A stretch of DNA of 62,176 bases, from IMG/VR virus record IMGVR_UViG_3300025137_003955, positions 1-62,176 of that record, one strand, 5' to 3'. The notes beneath the pieces are model-generated. The model had not been told where the DNA came from. It made no database searches and saw only the letters and a program-made list of their open reading frames with translations. The stretch is from a virus (lineage: Duplodnaviria; Caudoviricetes). Shown one piece after another: positions 57,720-62,176 of this stretch; positions within the stretch are counted from its first letter, which is position 1; the number at the start of each line of letters is the position of its first letter. Made by a program: the position numbers and the translations under genes.

Positions 57720-58572
57720 AATCTTGTTCCATTTGCTTTATCATACTTATACTCATCCAGTCTTTTTCTACATAATGGAATGGATATAGTTGTTGGAAGT
57801 TTCCTATTTTAAAATCTTTATATGTATTATAATATGTGGGTAGTGTTTCAGACCATATTTCACTTATTCGTGTATCAGGAATATTTTGCACATGGCTTTT
57901 CATATGTATAAATGTAGGAACCTCATCAATATTTTCCTGTGTACATAAATGTTCTATACCTAATATATTCATTGCAAGAGCAAAAGCAACATCGCCACTC
58001 AACCAAGTAGGTTTTCCGTTAGGCATAAATTTATAAAACATTCTCTGCCAATGCTGGAAAATTATTTCTATCATAGCAAATAATTCACTCGCTAATTCGC
58101 TCTTTTTAAAGTAGAAAAATGCAGTATATACATTAGGTAAATTGTTTGCCGCAAAATATTTTCTATAATAATTACTGCTCACAACCTCACCTCTATATGT
58201 TCTAACTTTAGTAGTTGCCCACACATCACGTTGCGACATTATATTCCACCAATGACTCACGTCTGTAGGAAATATCATATCAGTATCTAGTATTACTGTT
58301 TCATCATATGGTGACATGTAATAATACTTCCATTTGTTATTAATTTTCCATTCTTCTCTTAGGGCATCATCTTGCCATGGTATATCTACTATGTGGTCAA
58401 ATATTTTTTTATGTTTTTGTTTAATAAGTTTTTTAGTTTTAGCGTCAACACATACTGTCAGGTTATTGACCGTGCTCTGTGTTAGTTTTAAATTAAGTGC
58501 AAGAGCATACGCCTGCTCTAAATAATCAGTAGTATCATTGTTTTGTGCTATTACTATGTAACCTTTACTCAT
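57709..58572 (-). CDS. GT-A glycosyltransferase-like protein
   Basis: SPYDETVILDTD (DxD), FFYFKK, SGDVAFALA, C-terminal HY; paralogue of 60572-61471. Confidence 0.7.
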   Translation of the reverse strand: MSKGYIVIAQNNDTTDYLEQAYALALNLKLTQSTVNNLTVCVDAKTKKLIKQKHKKIFDHIVDIPWQDDALREEWKINNKWKYYYMSPYDETVILDTDMIFPTDVSHWWNIMSQRDVWATTKVRTYRGEVVSSNYYRKYFAANNLPNVYTAFFYFKKSELASELFAMIEIIFQHWQRMFYKFMPNGKPTWLSGDVAFALAMNILGIEHLCTQENIDEVPTFIHMKSHVQNIPDTRISEIWSETLPTYYNTYKDFKIGNFQQLYPFHYVEKDWMSISMIKQMEQDYGI

Positions 58573-58753
58573 TTATATATTTCCAATCTTCTCTAAAAAG
58601 GCAATGTCTATGATATCCTTCTTTTGTTTCATAAACAAATTGCATACCCAAAAGTTCAGTAACTTTACCCTGAAACTTTCCGTTCAAGCGACAAGTATGC
58701 TCAATTTGATCTCCTAACTCAGGAGCCTTCTTGCTCTTCTTTTTTATACTCAT
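58565..58753 (-). CDS. Small hypothetical protein
   Basis: 62 aa; overlaps both neighbours. Confidence 0.5.
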   Translation of the reverse strand: MSIKKKSKKAPELGDQIEHTCRLNGKFQGKVTELLGMQFVYETKEGYHRHCLFREDWKYINE

Positions 58754-58943
58754 ACATCTCTTCCCAATAATCGTATGCTTCAGGTTCTAACCTCTGTATA
58801 CTTTCTTGTAAAATTTCTGCTCTACGTTCTTCAGTAGCATCAAACCATTCTTGTATCTCATCATTTGTTCTACCACAACTTGGACAATTAAATCCATTTG
58901 TAAAACACTTACTAATACACGGTGATAAAACTCTTTTAGACAT
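58719..58943 (-). CDS. DUF1289-family Cys-rich protein
   Basis: SPCISKC...CPSCGRTNDEIQEW. Confidence 0.75.
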   Translation of the reverse strand: MSKRVLSPCISKCFTNGFNCPSCGRTNDEIQEWFDATEERRAEILQESIQRLEPEAYDYWEEMYEYKKEEQEGS

Positions 58944-59517
58944 AACATTGTGATGTGTTTTGCCAAACTCCTTTGTCAACAAAATTAATTATCATAATAG
59001 TTCTTATTCCTTCATATTGTATAGGAGCAAAACCGTGCCATTTTTCATCACTTGGAATAAACAATAGTCCTCTATTATCCTGCCATTCTGTTTTTGCGTA
59101 ATGTGTTTCTTTATTAACATATATGTCTGTTGCTAAATTTTTATCGTCTTCTTTGTCTATGTTTACAATTAAAGTTAATTTCTTTTCAGGTGTGTCAGTA
59201 TGTATTGCATGAAAGAAAGGATACCTATCATGTATCATTTCAGGCCTACAATAGGTATTAGCCAAGTCACAGTCAAATTTTTCTTCAAACATTTTATGAT
59301 CGTTTAAAAACTCTGCAACTGGTTTTAGTGCAGGAAATTCCTCACAATATTCGTTTCCTAAAAAGGTCCTACCTTTTATAATGTCTCTGAATCCGTTTGC
59401 ATTAGAGTAGTCAGCATCGTTTACTTTGTGATCTTTTAATGCCTTAAAGTGTTCATCACTAAAAACATTGTCTATAATCCAATGTTCCCACGGCTCATTA
59501 TATTTTATCGGGACCAT
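58936..59517 (-). CDS. 2OG-Fe(II) oxygenase
   Basis: PWEHWIIDN, HTD (HxD), WHG, R.x motif. Confidence 0.75.
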   Translation of the reverse strand: MVPIKYNEPWEHWIIDNVFSDEHFKALKDHKVNDADYSNANGFRDIIKGRTFLGNEYCEEFPALKPVAEFLNDHKMFEEKFDCDLANTYCRPEMIHDRYPFFHAIHTDTPEKKLTLIVNIDKEDDKNLATDIYVNKETHYAKTEWQDNRGLLFIPSDEKWHGFAPIQYEGIRTIMIINFVDKGVWQNTSQCYV

Positions 59518-60575
59518 AGTTCACCTCCAATTTCGTTAGGTATTATACTTACTTTACTGGCCCAGTAAAAGTTTTGTAAATACTCATCTGTCGATTCGTT
59601 TACTATTTCTTCTATTAAATTTTTACAATTATGTGTGCTGTTGTTAAATAAAATTACATCTTTTTCTTTAACATAACATACATCATCATTTATATCTAAA
59701 TATAAAACTATATGCGAAAAATCGTCCTTTACTAAGTTTTCCTCTCCTATATAGATACCAACTCCTTTAAAATCCATTCTACTTGGTATTAAAAATTTAT
59801 TATCAATAATAGCAAAATTATATAAAGTGGGCGTATCTAAAACAGATTCTATTTTATTTAATATTTCTATTGTGGGACAAAAAATTGTTGGTTGCTCATT
59901 ATTAAACATTTTTCTTAATGATGTGTCTTGATTTATAATACAGTGATCATGATGATTTTTTGTTTCATGTATTTCTAAAAATCTAACTTGTGACATTCTG
60001 TTTTCATCTGGTATATCATCTGTCTTAATTGTTATATGTCTATTTTTCCTCACAAATCCATTACTACAATAATCTATCCATTCTCTTAATTTTAATCCAC
60101 GACCTGGAAAAATATCATCTATATCCCATACACATATTTCTGTATTAATTTGTTGAGCAAAAGCGGCTAAAAATCTATATGTACCAGGATGACAAACAAA
60201 TAATTCGTCTTGCATATAGCCTTGAGGTGGATAACTTATACCATTCTTTTTAATATCATTTACTAACCAATGTAATTTACTGCCATTAAATTGAGCAGTA
60301 AGGCCAGGAGAGCCGTCATCTCTCCAGAATATGTTACTTTTCTCGTAAGTTAATTTTTCTGATAACGGAGAGCTTTTTAAATTAGATAATATATTCTTAC
60401 CTCCATTTGTTAAGGAGCGTAATGCAGGATAAAATGTTTCTGAAAATTTAAAAACTGTTCTGCTTGTAATAATTTTTACATCTGGTGCATTGTCAAAAAA
60501 ATTATTTAACTCTGTATCCTGAGCAAGAGCATCTAAATTTTGTGTAGTGGATTTCATATGTTCTACAAATTTCAT
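59505..60575 (-). CDS. Hypothetical protein (possible ParB/Srx-like segment)
   Basis: LVNDIKKNG...P...HPGTYRFLAA resembles the ParB GxxR motif. Confidence 0.45.
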   Translation of the reverse strand: MKFVEHMKSTTQNLDALAQDTELNNFFDNAPDVKIITSRTVFKFSETFYPALRSLTNGGKNILSNLKSSPLSEKLTYEKSNIFWRDDGSPGLTAQFNGSKLHWLVNDIKKNGISYPPQGYMQDELFVCHPGTYRFLAAFAQQINTEICVWDIDDIFPGRGLKLREWIDYCSNGFVRKNRHITIKTDDIPDENRMSQVRFLEIHETKNHHDHCIINQDTSLRKMFNNEQPTIFCPTIEILNKIESVLDTPTLYNFAIIDNKFLIPSRMDFKGVGIYIGEENLVKDDFSHIVLYLDINDDVCYVKEKDVILFNNSTHNCKNLIEEIVNESTDEYLQNFYWASKVSIIPNEIGGELWSR

Positions 60576-61471
60576 TTTGCATACTCCAGCAAATTATCAC
60601 TAACTCTGTTTATAGCCCATTTATTCATAATATGCAAGTCCATGCTTTGCCACTTAGTTAGCATAAAGTCTCCAGGGCTTCTGGGCTTCTCTAAGTACAT
60701 GACAATAGTGTTCTCATCTATTGCACTATGTATATCGTCTGTATCAAAACTCTTGTAAAGGGTGGTAGGCAACTGTGGTATTCCTTTATCTACAAAACCA
60801 CTCATCATATGTGCGGCAATACTAAAACTGTAATCGTTTCTGTATAGTGTACCCTGCCACTTATATAAATCTTTATAGAATTGTGGATTATTTTTAACAT
60901 GCTTGACTATGTTAAAAAAACTTTCCACATATTCTGTCTTGCGGAAGTAAACCACAGTTGCCCAATACATTGTTATACCCATGTCATATAGTCTTGCTAA
61001 TGACGGGTCTTTTCGTTCGTACATGATATCCTGGTACTTCCAGTTCATCATAAGTTCGTTATTATGTCCCCAACAATGATTTAATGTATCACTTAGTATC
61101 AAATAGTCTACGTCTATTAATAATGTTTCATCATATGGGGAGATGTCGTATGCATCACATCTGTTTACATTATAAAAAGGTAAATGCTTTGCATTATGGC
61201 TAGTGTCTTTATATAGCCTTAAATTTCTTGCTTTAAAATCTTTGTCTTTATCTACTACAACTATGTTGTTAATTGCTTTTTTAATTAGACGTTTGCCTAA
61301 TGTTTTCTCGCCTTGTGCTAAACTATGTGGGTCTGTAACCACTGTAATGTTTTTAATGCCTAAATTCTTTTGTACTAGTAATGCATTAACCACAGCCAAA
61401 CGGAAGTAATCTATCTCCGTGTTGTTATGTGCGAACATTATTACGCCGCGAGTATTACTTTCCTTCTTCAT
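60572..61471 (-). CDS. GT-A glycosyltransferase-like protein
   Basis: SPYDETLLIDVD (DxD), WATVVYFRK, RNDYSFSIA, H.MNK. Confidence 0.7.
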   Translation of the reverse strand: MKKESNTRGVIMFAHNNTEIDYFRLAVVNALLVQKNLGIKNITVVTDPHSLAQGEKTLGKRLIKKAINNIVVVDKDKDFKARNLRLYKDTSHNAKHLPFYNVNRCDAYDISPYDETLLIDVDYLILSDTLNHCWGHNNELMMNWKYQDIMYERKDPSLARLYDMGITMYWATVVYFRKTEYVESFFNIVKHVKNNPQFYKDLYKWQGTLYRNDYSFSIAAHMMSGFVDKGIPQLPTTLYKSFDTDDIHSAIDENTIVMYLEKPRSPGDFMLTKWQSMDLHIMNKWAINRVSDNLLEYAK

Positions 61472-61814
61472 TTAGATCTAATATTTTATGTACTTTTCTT
61501 GCTTTACGAAGTTTTTCGTATTCAGCATAATAGTCGTTGGTTACTTCAAAATATCTACTTTGTATTTCTTCGTAGAATAATTCAACATCAACTTTTATAG
61601 GATTATTATGTATATCCAAGAGTACAACATCTTTTTGACCGTCATCAATTAGTTGTTTACAAAATGTAATTAAGGGAATGTCTATCGTAAAAGTACCACC
61701 ATTAATGCTGTAACTTAATAGACTTTGTGTTTTGGCCTTCAGTTGGGCCTGCTGATTGTTTAGTGTTACTCTGTAATTAGCAAATTCCAGAGCCTTTGTC
61801 AAGCGAGTACTCAT
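61455..61814 (-). CDS. Phage hypothetical protein
   Basis: First gene of the - strand operon, preceded by TAAATA-N5-ATG. Confidence 0.65.
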   Translation of the reverse strand: MSTRLTKALEFANYRVTLNNQQAQLKAKTQSLLSYSINGGTFTIDIPLITFCKQLIDDGQKDVVLLDIHNNPIKVDVELFYEEIQSRYFEVTNDYYAEYEKLRKARKVHKILDLNEEGK

Positions 61815-61833
61815 GTGTATATTTATTAGTCAG

Positions 61834-61861
61834 AAAAAAGCCAGTCACTATGAACTGGCTT
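61834..61861 (-). terminator. Rho-independent terminator
   Basis: On the - strand: AAGCCAGT...ACTGGCTT followed by a T-run. Confidence 0.75.
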
Positions 61862-61867
61862 GTTAAA

Positions 61868-62176
61868 TTACTTGGGTAACTTACCGTATGGGTTTTTGTA
61901 TTTTAAGTACTTAGGTGTGTCTTTAGCACTTCTTACCAACCAATAGATTACTATAAAGTTTAATCCTGGTACTATAAACATTAACTGCCACCAACCACTA
62001 TGACCTCTGTCATGTAATCTTCTTGCAGTTAGTGTTATGCTTTGTACGAGAGTTCCTAGTGTAAACAATGCTACTAACACTCCACTGTCTTTCATTTCTC
62101 CCCATGGTTCTAATATACTAAAGAATGTAAATCCTAGTACATAGTTATCCACTAGAGCCAATAGTCCAAATACTAT
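61868..62176 (-). CDS. DUF805 (YhaH-like) membrane protein, N-terminus outside window
   Basis: RRLHDRGHSGWW signature, TM helices, NPYG; frame open to the window end. Confidence 0.85.
   Translation of the reverse strand: MVFGLLALVDNYVLGFTFFSILEPWGEMKDSGVLVALFTLGTLVQSITLTARRLHDRGHSGWWQLMFIVPGLNFIVIYWLVRSAKDTPKYLKYKNPYGKLPK

Overview
AT-rich (roughly one-third GC by eye), gene-dense segment of a large dsDNA tailed bacteriophage genome (T4-like/jumbo myovirus style, probably aquatic; a proteobacterial host is inferred from host-type porin, cytochrome c, DUF465 and DUF1289 genes). Positions 1-4.0 kb hold the end of a late structural block with a 1098-aa repeat-rich fibre. Positions 4.6-30.8 kb, almost all + strand, hold replication and host-takeover genes: PolB, a putative clamp, RNase H-like exonuclease, MoxR AAA+/VWA pair, tRNA-Arg(UCU), glutaredoxin, cytochrome c and a porin. 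Embedded there is a 7-deazaguanine DNA-modification cluster (DpdA/TGT-like, QueD-like, FolE, QueE) interleaved with a GT-B glycosyltransferase, GalE and a phosphoribosyltransferase. Positions 30.8-61.8 kb, almost all - strand, form an exceptional ~31-kb tailoring island: eight N-terminal-twitch radical SAM paralogues, a 1286-aa protein built of 12 tandem GT-A-like modules, further glycosyltransferases, carbamoyltransferase, methyltransferase, sulfotransferase, UDP-glucose dehydrogenase, a degenerate NeuB, a 2OG-Fe(II) oxygenase and SGNH-like proteins. Non-coding highlights: sigma70-type promoters with an almost invariant 16-bp spacer, leaderless TAAATA-N5-ATG late promoters, and a terminator-bounded hairpin whose loop is complementary to the phage's own GGAGTAAC ribosome-binding sites and to the fibre 3' UTR (candidate sRNA plus sponge). 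All family calls come from motif recognition by eye, not from database searches.
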